Source: Macrostomum lignano | Lineage: Eukaryota | DNA: 64,000 nt | Reading direction: 5' to 3' | Assembly (NCBI GenBank): GCA_002269645.1 | Contig: NIVC01003004.1 | Span: 62,171-126,170 of the forward strand | Shown: piece by piece, positions 49,695 to 61,529 of the stretch | How the letters are laid out: the number at the start of each line of letters is the position of its first letter | How positions within the stretch are numbered: position 1 is the first letter of the stretch | Made by a program: the position numbers and the translations under genes | Notes under the pieces: generated by a model | What the model was told of the DNA's origin: nothing | The model's input: only the letters and a program-made list of their open reading frames with translations | Database searches by the model: none

Positions 49695-50872
49695 GGGGGG
49701 GGGGGTTCACAAACTCGAAATTTCACAACGTCGAAAGTACCCTCTTTCATAAGGTCAAAATTTCACAAGGTCGAAATTTCATAACATCAAAAACTTGAAA
49801 AGCAGCCACTTTCATAAGGTTGAAATTTCACAAGGTCGAAATTTCACAACATCGAAAACTTTAGCAAGAGACTTCATAAGGTCGAAATTTCACAAGATCA
49901 AAATTTCACAACATCGAAAACTTTGACTTCATAAGGTCGAAATTTCACAAGGTCGAAAACTCAAATAGCAGCCACTTTCATAAGATCGAAATTTTACAAT
50001 GTAAAAACTGAGAATTTAGCAGCCTCAAGTATGAAAAGATCAAAATTTTACAATGTAGAAAACTAAAGTCTTTATTGTGTCAATGTTTATATCATTATTT
50101 TTTGTTTTAATAGCTTTGGTTCAAAGAAGTTTTTAATCACTTCTTTAAGTAGTTCAACGTCAAGGAGTGCTAAGTGCTCTGCTAAGTGTGTTATCACTAC
50201 TGGGACAATGGGTTAGTTTACATAAGCTGTAAGTTTAGCTATATAGTTGGGAAGCATTTTGGAATTAGGCCTAGAGCAGTAAAAAGCACCTAAAATTTGG
50301 TATCAGAAGTAGGATAAAATTAGGAGAAAAGAGAAAAACTTTGAAAAGAGAAAAAAGCCCTATAACTTTGGCAATGACTGGTTAGGATAAATTAGACTGT
50401 GACAAACAGAAAAACACCTACAACATATAATATATAGGCCTACTAAACAACAATAGAATATAGAAAAGCCTCGAAGGCTTACAACTATTAAGTCTTCTGC
50501 TAGAGTTTTCGATGTTATGAAATTTCGACCTTGTGAAAGTGGCTGCTATTTGAGTTTCAATGTTATGAAATTTCGACCTTATGAAAGTGGCTGCTTTTGG
50601 AGTTTTTGATGTTGTGAAATTTCGACCTTGTGAAATTTCGACCTTATGAAGTCTCTTGCTAAAGTTTTCAATGTTGTGAAATTTCGACCTTATGAAAGTG
50701 GCTGCTTTTCGAGTTTTCAATGTTGTGAAATTTTGACCTTGTGAAATTTTGACCTTATGAAGTCTTCTGCTAGAGTTTTCGATGTTGTGAAATTTCGACC
50801 TTGTGAAATTTCAACCTTGTGCAATAATTTGCTTTTCGACGTTGTGAAATTTTGACCTTGTGAAAGCACCCC
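49695..50872. mobile_element. Foldback/Mutator-like non-autonomous element with repeat-built inverted arms and a 9-bp TSD
   Basis: Direct repeat ctctaatag at 49686-49694 and 50873-50881. Arms (~49695-50060 and ~50490-50872) are made of aaatttcacaaggtcg-type units in opposite orientation; G-run at the start, C-run at the end. Confidence 0.8.
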
Positions 50873-51089
50873 CTCTAATAGACAGGCAGCAATTTTTATA
50901 CTAGCCATATCAATGGGACCATTTGCTCTGTAGTGGCTCTAATGGCAGTGCTAATATTAGAATACTCCGCCTTGTATTAATCTCTATAATAGATCTCCTG
51001 ATCTCTATAATAGCCATAATAGAAACCTACAGCAAGATGAGGTCCAGTTCTAGGCTGTGGGCTAGCTAGACAAAGATGGTGCAATACTA

Positions 51090-51420
51090 GGGGGCCTTCA
51101 AAGTTTGATAGTTCATTGTGCCAAGTCTGAGGTGTCCATCTGGTACAGCTAGGGCCAGATGGAGGTTGGCCTCATGATCCCTAGCACCACCCAGCAGATC
51201 TATAGTTGAAGTTGTAAGGACTAAAAATGATAGGCACCTGGCTGCGCCACAGAGCCACCCTTGCCAGTTGCACTCAGTACAACATTGTGTGCTGTGCCAA
51301 CCTTTGTAAGTGCCTGCTATGCTGAACTTTGCTGCTGTAGCCAAGGCGCAGCTGTCTGAGCCAATTGAGGTTGTCTGCAGCTTGATGATCTGGCCATAAT
51401 ACCAGGTGTCTGTACTATTT
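51090..51420 (-). mobile_element. Possible decayed 5' end of an RTE-like LINE
   Basis: HLRLGTMNYQTLK resembles the LRIGTWNVRTL start of RTE endonucleases. No further domains follow. Confidence 0.35.
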
Positions 51421-51434
51421 GCATGGGTATGCAA

Positions 51435-51790
51435 ATATAATGGCTCGGCAAATGTAATGGCTCTGCAAAAATTATGGCCTTGCAAATATAATGACTCTGC
51501 AAATATCATGGCTCTACAAATATAATGGCTCTGCAAATATAATAGCTCTACAAATATAATGGCTCTACAAATATAATGGCTCTGCAAATATAATAGCTCT
51601 ACAAATATAATGGCTCTGCAAATATAATAGCTCTACAAATATAATGGCTCTACAAATATAATGGCTCTGCAAATATAATAGCTCTACAAATATAATGGCT
51701 CTACAAATATAATGTCTGCAAAAATAATGGCCTTGCAAATATAATGACTGCAAATATAATGACCCTGCAAATATAATGGCTCTGCAAATA
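51435..51790. repeat. 17-bp tandem repeat (~20 copies)
   Basis: ct(g/a)caaatataat(g/a)gct, period 17. Confidence 0.9.
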
Positions 51791-52109
51791 TTTGTAGTTA
51801 AAGGAACTTTTCTACACTTTAAAAATAGCAATTCAAAAACTTGACTATTAAAAATTGACATATATTTATTTACATATATTAGAGCCATATATATATTGCT
51901 ATTGCCACATGTGGCTATAATTTTAATGCAATCAAACTAGAGTAGGTGCAAGGTAGATAAATAAAAAACTATATTTCTGACAATTTAACAATAACAAATC
52001 ATTTTACAGCTTTTTCTCTAATCTACTTTATTTTATGCAAGTTTAATTTGTACAAGTAAGCAATTATATTTGCTGCTTATAATTAAGGAAACTAAAAGCA
52101 AAACACAAC

Positions 52110-54664
52110 ATGGGACCTATTTCAAGACAGTCAGTAAGCAGCCGATCCAGTACTAGCAGCATTGTCAAAGGCCGCGCAGCCAGTGTCAGACAGCAGGCTC
52201 TGCAAAATCGAATGCGCCAGAGGCCTTTCGCTGAGAAGCTTGACGCCGTTAGCGCAGCGGCGGCCGCAGCTGCTGCTACAGCCGCTGGCTATGGGCGCCA
52301 AGGTTCCCCGCTTGTCTTCGATGTAGCCCTAGAGTCGCGGAAGCGCCTGGCCACGCCGCGCGTTGTTGTCGCCGCCACTGAGGCAGCCGGGCGTAGAAAG
52401 CAGCAGCCGCCAACGCCGTCGTCTTCAACTCTGGCCGAGCCGCTGACTGCGCGCAAGTCCAGCGACCTCAAGCGCATCCGCAATCCGGAGCTGCGCGCCC
52501 TGGCGCTGGTCAATTCGCCAATGATCGATTCTCGGCGACAGCAGCAGCGGCGCTCCACCCTGTCTGGCCGGTCGCCTGCACCGGCGCCTCAGCAGCGGCA
52601 AATCGAATCGGCTGCTGCTGCCGGGGCCGACTTGGCCGAAGTGAAGGCGGCTATTGAGACCGGGGACGAATGCGAACGGGTGACTCGGGCCTACCTAATG
52701 ATGCTGCACCAGCAGTGGGAGTACTTTAGGTGAGTACGCTTTTCTCTATGCTTCAAGAAGTTTCCGGACTGTGTTCACTGTGGACAGCAGGATTTTTTAA
52801 ATAAGTTAAACTTTTACCTGAGAAAGCTGTACCCAAGAAATGTACCCATTTTGAAGTTTGCAGTTTTTTATGCAGGTAAAACGGCATATTGGTGTCAAAA
52901 AGCGTCCTCGGTATGTCTTGAAACGGCATTTAAATTAGCTAATAAGGGAATAAATTATTGAACCACCATAGAGTCCATAGATAAAAACCATAGACCCTCT
53001 GCAAACTTCAAAATCGTGTTAGAAATTTCTTGGGTACAGTTTTGAAATGCTCATAACTTTTGGCGGGCACGTGGTATTGCTGTGAAATTTATGCTTTAAT
53101 AAAACAGACGTGAAAAAGAATATCAAGAAGGTATGAAAGTAAGGTTGGAGGCTGTTGCTAAATTAAATGCAAAAAGTTGTGTTTATAGTAATAAACTTCT
53201 TGCAATGCTTTTCAGACAGCTGATTGGCGATTGGCGCGAAGTTCTTTCAACGGAATCTGCCTCAATACCGGAAGCTGGTCAAGGCAGCATTCGCACCGCC
53301 ATTGGTATGGCGGAACTGCTCAGCAAAAAGAAGTTTCCATTCTTTGAAGGCATGCTAAAAAAGTGCGTCAACGCTCCGCCGAACGATGCAGAGAATACGG
53401 AGCCAGACGCTACGCTGCCAATCCTTCCTGGCGATGTGACTGGCTACTGGACTTTGGTTGAGCGGGAAATTGACAACGTCAAGGCTGAATTTGCCAGCCT
53501 GGAGGCCGATCGCAGCGCCGGATGGCCAGCCAAAGCACCCGTGAAGCCGGCTCCGGCAAAGACTGCGCCGGGTAAGCAGCCACGACAGCCACCTCGGACA
53601 AAGACTGCTGGGGCAGCCAAGGCAAAGTCGCGATTTGCCGAATTCCGCAAAAAACACCTGCTGACAATGTCTACTACAGGCGTTGGTGCTATCTCATCTC
53701 CATGGTTAGTTTTGCTACTACTTCAAGGTCAGGCTCCGTCTCCGCACGCAAGTCCTTCGCGGCCAAGACACCCGGAACCAGAACACCTTCCCAGAGAGTT
53801 TCTTCGGCACGAACTCCTGCAACAAAGACACTCGTGCAAAATTTTCACGGTCGTGGCACTCCTGAAATAAAAAATTCGGAAAGAAGGACGTCTAGAAGAG
53901 TGACAGCTGGAGCGAAGACTCCAGGCAAGGAGTCAGGAGGAGCGAAGACTCCAGGCAAGGAGTCAGGAGGAGCGAAGACTCCAGGCAAGGAGTCAGGAGG
54001 AGCGAAGACTCCAGGCAAGGAGTCAGGAGGAGCGAAGACTCCAAGCAAGGAGTCAGGAGGAGCGAAGACTCCAGGCAAGGAGTCAGGAGGGGCGAAGACT
54101 CCAGGCAAGGATTCAGGAGGAGCGAAGACTCCAGGCAAGGAGTCAGGAGGGGCGAAGACTCCAGGCAAGGAGTCAGGAGCGAAGACTCCAGGCAAGGAGT
54201 CAGGAGGAGCGAAGACTCCAGGCAAGGAGTCAGGAGGAGCGAAGACTCCAGGCAAGGAGTCAGGAGGGGCGAAGACTCCAGGCAAGGAGTCAGGAGGAGC
54301 GAAGACTCCAGGCAAGGAGTCAGGAGGGGCGAAGACTCCAGTCGCAGTTTCAGGCTCGCAGTCTTCAGTAAATGCTAGAATTGAGACATTTGAAGCGAGG
54401 ATTTCCGCCACAAAGCGGACCACCTCGTCAGCCAAAGACGCGCCTGAGAAGTCGCCAGCTACCGCAGCTAAAAGGCGGCGCTCAACTAGCAAGTCGGTGT
54501 CCTTTAACGCCGTCTGTTCGCAATCTGCCGACGCCAGCCTCGGGGATCGAGTTGAGCGGCAGCTGACGCCGTATCCGACCCGGCAGTCCGCCCGCCGGCG
54601 CCAGGCTAACTTGGGCTCTGATCAGCCCCTGGTTGCTACCATGGAAGCGCTGGAAGATGATTAA
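52110..54664 (+). CDS. DLGAP5: GKAP-domain protein, DLGAP5/HURP/Mars-like. Exons 52110-52729 and 53216-54664 (one frameshift at ~53650-53702); upstream exons possible
   Basis: GQGSIRTAIGMAELLSKKKFPFFEGML...LPGDVTGYWTLVEREIDNVKAEFASL...GW matches the GKAP homology domain, followed by AKSRFAEFRKK and a basic, TP-rich tail. The GT-AG junction YFR|QLI is in frame. Mitotic-subfamily assignment is inferred from the basic, TP-rich composition. Confidence 0.75.
52827..53039. mobile_element. Small MITE in the DLGAP5-like intron
   Basis: ctgtacccaagaaat pairs with atttcttgggtacag; ttttgaagtttgcag pairs with ctgcaaacttcaaaa. Confidence 0.65.
53912..54340 (+). repeat. 30-bp coding minisatellite, 14 full units plus a partial unit (AKTPGKESGG)
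   Basis: gcgaagactccaggcaaggagtcaggagga. One unit is 27 bp; the frame is preserved throughout. Confidence 0.97.
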
Positions 54665-55004
54665 GTTGCTGAGTTATAAAAGTGGAGACCAATCGCTGCT
54701 AATTATAATAAACATTAAGGCCTTTTGACCCTAATTAATTAGGTAATAGCAACTTTATTATGTATTGCGTAGCGTCATGTGTCACAGTTGTACTTTAATT
54801 TTCATCCAAGACGAAAAGCGGTTAGTGCGCGAATGATGAAGCAAAAGGAAGCAAAGCATAAGTTTGAACGTATTCTATATATTAGCAGGTATGCTAAAAT
54901 CTTTAGTTCTACACCTGATTTTCCTTGGATGAATTCCAGTTTCATTTTCTATGCTACGTCCAAACATTCAAAATTCGCATTTGACGACTTCGGAACATCA
55001 TAAA

Positions 55005-55162
55005 TGCGCAACCTTGGGAATCACCCGACCGTTTCTATTGGCAACACACACATGTGTGTCGCTATTGGCTGAGAGCAGTCACGTGACTACTATTCCGTCC
55101 AATAGCGACTTACATGTGTGTGTTGCCAATAGAAACGGCCGGGTGAGTCCCAAGGTTGCGCA
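55005..55162. other. 158-bp near-perfect palindrome centred on GTCACGTGAC
   Basis: 64-bp arms (55005-55068 and 55099-55162) with 4 mismatches. E-box at 55078-55087. Two ATTGG on the left arm are mirrored by two CCAAT on the right. Confidence 0.9.
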
Positions 55163-56063
55163 CAAGCATGGGAACATTTTAATGCCTTCTTTTCAACTGA
55201 AATCTTTCCACCTAGGAAAGCTCATTTCAATGCGTCCTAAATACAGGCCCTGCTAGTGAATAAAGTAAATTTGGTGTGATTTATAGTTTCTGGATGCTAA
55301 ACAAAATTTTTTAAACCTGTTTAATACATTTTTGTGAGCCTATAGTATGCAAAACTTTTATCTTCTGCTAGTAACTCAGCTCACATAAATGAAATTTATT
55401 ATATTCAGCCTTATCGGTGCGTCCATAGCATTCTGCGTTTTATTTTTTCCAGCTCAATCAATAATATTGACTCAGCCATGCTTTTCATAATATTTTCTTA
55501 TTCGTTTCTCGCTACTCTCTGCCAGTAGTAGCAGTAGTAGCGTACGCCAATTTGGATTTGCGCATTTTTTGAAAACCCGCATTTTGCTTCAATTTAAACC
55601 TCTAGGCATTTCAGTTGTAAAATTATTTTCATGTTCCACTAAATGTCATCGCAATTAAATCAGCAAGGGTATTAATATATCACGCTAATAAATATCTAGT
55701 AGTGTATTCATGCATCCAATCAAAGTTATTTTTTGTCAAGAATTTTACTATCCGCTGTCAAATTTAATTAATAATATTAATATTTTGTTTGCCAAAAATT
55801 AGTCAGACAAGCAGCTTCTATTTTAATGCTGCGCTGCTTTTCCAATGTTTTGTTATTAAATGTCGTTTTTGAATTCGCGGTTTTCCATTTAGTCTATTGT
55901 AGTTAAGTTTAAGATTGTTTCTATTATTAATCCTACGCAGATTCAGAATAAGTTAAGACGCTAATATTGCCTTGAAACCTCGGCAGTTGCATTATAATAT
56001 CCACACTAATCTTCATTGATTTCCAGGTAAGCAGTTACTTTAACAGTTCAATAATTCGAAAAT

Positions 56064-58789
56064 ATGGATGTTACAAACCTAGGCAAGCCGTTGCTGGGGA
56101 CCGCAGCTGCTATCTCAGCTGGTACTGAAGGCGACAGTCATCTCAGCATCGCTGCAAAGGCCCTCACTACTCTGAGCTTGTTGCTCATCTTTCTGCCAAT
56201 AACTTTGTATTTCTTTGCTAAGTCGCTTGTGTTTGAAGGTGAGTTGTGTCATTGTCATTGTCAAATATATCAGTCAGACTAGTGTCAGATCTATCAATGC
56301 CAGACTAGTGTCAGATCTATCAATGTCAGAGAGAGTCAAATCCATCAATGTCAGACTAGTGTCAGATATCTATCAATGCCAGACTAGTGTCAGATCTATC
56401 AATGTCAGAGAGCGTCAGATCTATCAATGTCAGAGTGTCAGATCTATCAATGTCAGAGTGTCAGATCTATCAATGTCAGACTAGTGTCAGATCTATCAAT
56501 GTCAGAGAGCGTCAGATCTATCAATGTCAGAGAGTGTCAGATCTATCAATGTCAGAGAGCGTCAGATCTATCAATGTCAGAGAGTGTCAGATCTATCAAT
56601 GTCAGAGTGTCAGATCTATCAATGTCAGAGAGCGTCAGATCTATCAATGTCAGAGAGCATCAGATCTATCAATGTCAGAGTGTCAGATCTATCAATGTCA
56701 GAGAGCGTCAGATCTATCAATGTCAGAGTGTCAGATCTATCAATGTCAGAGTGTCAGATCTATCAATGTCAGACTAGTGTCAGATCTATCAATGTCAGAG
56801 TGTCAGATCTATCAATGTCAGAGAGCGTCAGATCTATCAATGTCAGAGAGTGTCAGATCTATCAATGTCAGACTAGTGTCAGATCTATCAATGTCAGACT
56901 AGTGTCAGATCTATCAATGTCAGAGAGCGTCAGATCTATCAATGCCAGACTAGTGTCAGATCTATCAATGTCAGAGAGTGTCAGATCTATCAATGTCAGA
57001 GAGTGTCAGAACTATCAATGTGAGAGTGTCAGATCTATCAATGTGAGAGTGTCAGATCTTTCAATGTCAGAGTGTCAGATATATCAATGTGAGAGTGTCA
57101 GATCTTTCAATGTCAGAGTGTCAGATCTTTCAATGTCAGAGTGTCAGATCTATCAATGTCAGAGTGTCAGATCTATCAATGTCAGAGTGTCAGATCTATC
57201 AATGTCAGAGTGTCAGATCTATCAATGTCAGAGTGTCAGATCTATCAATGTCAGAGTGTCAGATCTATCAATGTCAGAGAGTGTCAGATCTATCAATGTC
57301 AGAGAGCGTCAGATCTATCAATGTCAGAGAGTGTCAGATCTATCAATGTCAGAGTGTCAGATCTATCAATGTCAGAGAGCGTCAGATCTATCAATGTCAG
57401 AGTGTCAGATCTATCAATGTCAGAGTGTCAGATCTATCAATGTCAGACTAGTGTCAGATCTATCAATGTCAGAGTGTCAGATCTATCAATGTCAGAGAGT
57501 GTCAGATCTATCAATGTCAGAGAGTGTCAGATCTATCAATGCCAGACTAGTGTCAGATCTATCAATGTCAGACTAGTGTCAGATCTATCAATGTCAGAGA
57601 GTGTCAGATCTATCAATGTCAGAGAGTGTCAGAACTATCAATGTGAGAGTGTCAGATCTATCAATGTGAGAGTGTCAGATCTTTCAATGTCAGAGTGTCA
57701 GATCTATCAATGTCAGACTAGTGTCAGATCTATCAATGTCAGAGAGTGTCAGATCTATCAATGCCAGACTAGTGTCAGATCTATCAATGTCAGACTAGTG
57801 TCAGATCTATCAATGTCAGAGAGCGTCAGATCTATCAATGTCAGACTAGTGTCAGATCTATCAATGTCAGAGAGCGTCAGATCTATCAATGCCAGACTAG
57901 TGTCAGATCTATCAATGTCAGAGAGTGTCAGATCTATCAATGTCAGAGTGTCAGATCTATCAATGTCAGAGAGTGTCAGATCTATCAATGTCAGAGAGTG
58001 TCAGATCTATCAATGTCAGAGAGCGTCAGATTTATTAATGTCAGAGTGTCAGATCTATCAGTGTCAGAGTGTCAGATCTATCAATGTCAGACTAGTGTCA
58101 GATCTATCAATGTCAGAGAGCGTCAGATCTATCAATGCCAGACTAGTGTCAGATCTATCAATGTCAGAGAGTGTCAGATCTATCAATGTCAGAGTGTCAG
58201 ATCTATCAATGTCAGAGAGTGTCAGATCTATCAATGTCAGAGAGTGTCAGATCTATCAATGTCAGAGAGCGTCAGATTTATTAATGTCAGAGTGTCAGAT
58301 CTATCAGTGTCAGAGTGTCAGATCTATCAATGTCAGACTAGTGTCAGATCTATCAATGTCAGAGAGCGTCAGATCTATCAATGCCAGACTAGTGTCAGAT
58401 CTATCAATGTCAGAGAGTGTCAGATCTATCAATGTCAGAGTGTCAGATCTATCAATGTCAGAGTGTCAGATCTATTAATGTCAGACTAGTGTCAGATCTA
58501 TCAATGTCAGAGAGTGTCAGATCTATCAATGTCAGAGAGTGTCAGATCTATCAGTGTGAGAGTGTCAGATCTATCAGTGTGAGAGTGTCAGATCTATTAA
58601 TGTCAGTGTCAGAATAGCAAAAATGGCAATGGTTGCATTCCAGGCCTGTTCCTGCTGTCATCGCGGCAGAGCTATATTTACTCGGCCATCCTGGCGGTGG
58701 TCACTGTCCATGTACTGCTGGCAGGCTTCCTGCTGTTCGCATTCTACGAAGGCGGCCGGACTGTTTACGTGTCCTACAAGAGGGACTAA
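56064..58789 (+). CDS. VMA21: V-ATPase assembly factor VMA21, 106 aa; exons 56064-56238 and 58644-58789
   Basis: LTTLSLLLIFLPITLYFFAKSLVFEG|LFLLSSRQSYIYSAILAVVTVHVLLAGFLLFAFYEG aligns with human VPIGLYFTTKSYIFEG...DSYFYAAIVAVVAVHVVLALFVYVAWNEG. Ends in KRD (lysine at -3, like human KQD). Phase-1 GT-AG junction. Confidence 0.93.
56262..58612. repeat. 23/25/26-bp satellite filling the VMA21 intron
   Basis: gtcagatctatcaatgtcaga followed by gt, gagt, gagc or ctagt. A 246-bp higher-order duplication starts at 58021 and 58267. Confidence 0.97.
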
Positions 58790-61288
58790 AGAAAACTGCA
58801 ATGCTCACTCACTATGCTACATATTCAGAATTTAAAGCAAGCGTTTTTCAACTTCATGCAGCTGTTTTGTTATAGCAGTGAATTATGCCGTTAAACCGTC
58901 CTTTGCTGCTTTATTGCGGCTGTTTTACTTTTTTGTTTCTTTTTTAATTCGGTTTTCTTGCTGAATATTTTTTTAAGTTAATAATTGACTACCCTGGTCG
59001 TTAGTAAAATAGTTTTTGTCTGGATTGCTAGCCTGGTAAGGAAGTTATTTTTAGTTCAGTTTATTAAACACTTACTCCGTATGCAAGCGTTTGAGATCGA
59101 TTTTCAATGAGCATTCTACAAAAGCGATTGCCGAACAAATAAAAGTGCATCGCGTGTAGTGTAGTGTGGCCTTTTGCATAATTGGAAATGCGACATTGGC
59201 CTTAATTCACTCACCGTACGTGACTGGCGCTTCAAATCAAAGCTTCTATTCTCTTTATTGCTTTCAGTTCACGTGAGTGAGCGCGCGCGGTTTTGCCTCT
59301 TATCTTTTTAGCATCCTAACAAAGCCTAGCTAGCATAAATCTGAGCTGAGCGGGACAGCCGTAAGGGCATGCAATCTTGATGAGTGCCTTTTTCACACAA
59401 ACTGTTCAGGGAAAGGGGATTTTTTGGGTGACATCTCCTGTCTTCTTTGAAGTGGATTTTCGTCTTATGAGCCGCACACCTTTTAAGTCCTCTTTCGTGC
59501 ATTCATTGCGTCTCAAAAGCAAGAAATTATTTGGCTTTACTAGTGCTCGCGAATTAAAGGCTTGTGGGCTTGTTCACACAGTCATCAATCGGGTCATAGA
59601 GGCACATAACTGGTTTGCAAGACAATCTGTTCAACTCACTTGACCTTATAGTATTATAGAGCTACTAAGCCTAAAGTTTTGTTGAGTACAGTTTGCTATC
59701 TTTTCCGTTGTTTTTTGACAAAACACGTGTAGGTTTCTGCGAAAACTGATACTTCTGACGCTTCGAACATCCTGGATAACGGGGACGGCAGTAATATTGT
59801 TGGTAAAATTTTTAGCACGATGGACGACCGCTTTGAATATATAGTAAAGCGCTTAATTCCTTTTAATCACTATTGATGTAGCTAGTGGCACTACTTACAG
59901 TAGACTCAGTAAGGTTTCTATCGGTTTAAGCTACTGGTACTTGTTCACAGTGCAATTGTTCCTAAGTAGCGATCGCTCATTGGCTCAAGCCACCCTTAGA
60001 GAGATGCGGTTCCTCCTGTGATTGAAGCTGGCTACACATTAGCCATAGCTTAAACAGGCATGCAGTCCTCTGGCTATTGGCCCGCAATTCAGCCGGGACA
60101 GCTGTAACTGGCTCAGCTGTCTGGACTGGCAGAGTTCTTCCAAACCCTCCTTAAAAACCGAACTGATTCTGTCTTAGCCAGGAGACCGTCTACTGAAGGT
60201 GCGATTTATGGTCAGCGGCGGCTTTTGACGTTTTGATGCGTTTTCCTGATTCCCTTGTCAATCGGCTTGAAAAGCAATCCGTGTATAAGGCGGAGAGAGG
60301 CGCGCGTAAAGGAGGAGCATGCGACAATTGCTGCGCTGCTGACTAACGCAAGAACTCGCTGATTGCTAAGGAAAGATACCTGGCCATTCTGGAGCTTTCT
60401 TATCGAGGCTCGCATTGTAAGTTTTCAGCCTGTGCTATAATAAATTTTTATTAAAGTAGTTTATTCCAAATGCGGCACTAATGTCAATAAAAATCTATGA
60501 ATATTTGTGTAACTGCTTAAAGAACTGCCGAAGTAATTTATTCAGAATGTAATTTACTTTATTTTGTGGGACCCGTGAATCAATTTCTGTCTATTCTTGA
60601 GAAGCTAATTATGCATGATTCTGATCGTTTTTTACACAAAAGCTGATGCTCTTCAACTGCCATTAAAATCAAAGCCAACGGGACAATGATCGAAAAATAG
60701 TGGAGAATGAGCTAGTTAGGAAGCCAGCGAGGCGGAACGGGTAGAGACAGGACAGACAGAATGCGCGAGTTCAGAGCGGAGGTCCTCAACTGGCCGCTGC
60801 ATCCTGCTAAATCCCTGGGGAGAATTCCCGATGGACTCCCGCCCCAGGGTTACTCAGTGAGTTCGTGATGTTTCAAAATCCCAGCTGTGGATCCGCTGTG
60901 AGAAGTGTAATTTTTGCTGCTGAGCTGGCGGATTCCTGTCGGCTGGCGCCAGCCTGTTGCGTAATCGCCAGCAACTGGGTTGATCTGCCCAAGTGGCGTC
61001 TATAGCTATCGCGATTTGCATCGCAATTGCTCTTTCATCTTTCACTTGCAGAGAGAGAAGTATCACGTTTGCTTTCCCAGTGGCACCCATTCGAAATGTT
61101 GATCATCATTTTTTGAGATGGGAGCGCTGATGCGTGCATGCTGATCACTGGTGCTGGGCATGGATTCTGACTATGCAAAGCAGTGTGATTGCGCTGGAAA
61201 TTTCTTCTTAATTTCCATTAAGAAAAGCTTATTTCTTACTTGTACTTTTACCAATGTTTTTAGTGGCATCAACCAAAGTGCATAGACT

Positions 61289-61529
61289 CAAGGGCGTCGC
61301 CATAAATTTTAAGGTGGATGGTACAAAGTCGATCGAGAATTCTACATGACTAGATTTCGGCATTATTGTTTCTAGCACTCAGTTTAGCGTCTCAAGAACT
61401 CGTTTTGCCGCCGAAGGCGCTATATTTTAGCGCCCTAAAGCAAAATTATTTATTTCTATAACGGGTCACAAGGTGGGGCGGGGGCAGGGGGACAAAGCAT
61501 TACCTTGTCCCCTGGCGGCAACGCCCCTG
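61289..61529. mobile_element. hAT-type MITE
   Basis: TIR caagggcgtcgcc / ggcaacgcccctg; 8-bp flanks catagact and caaggact (6/8 match). Confidence 0.55.

Noticed and set aside
53646-53656. Programmed -1 frameshift at the A6 run in the DLGAP5-like gene
   Set aside because: In the reading frame the heptamer is C_AAA_AAA, not a canonical X_XXY_YYZ; I saw no downstream pseudoknot, and two other genes show the same one-base deficit.
56215-58617. Long SDLSMSE/CQIYQC ORFs (up to 445 aa)
   Set aside because: Satellite translations inside the VMA21 intron.
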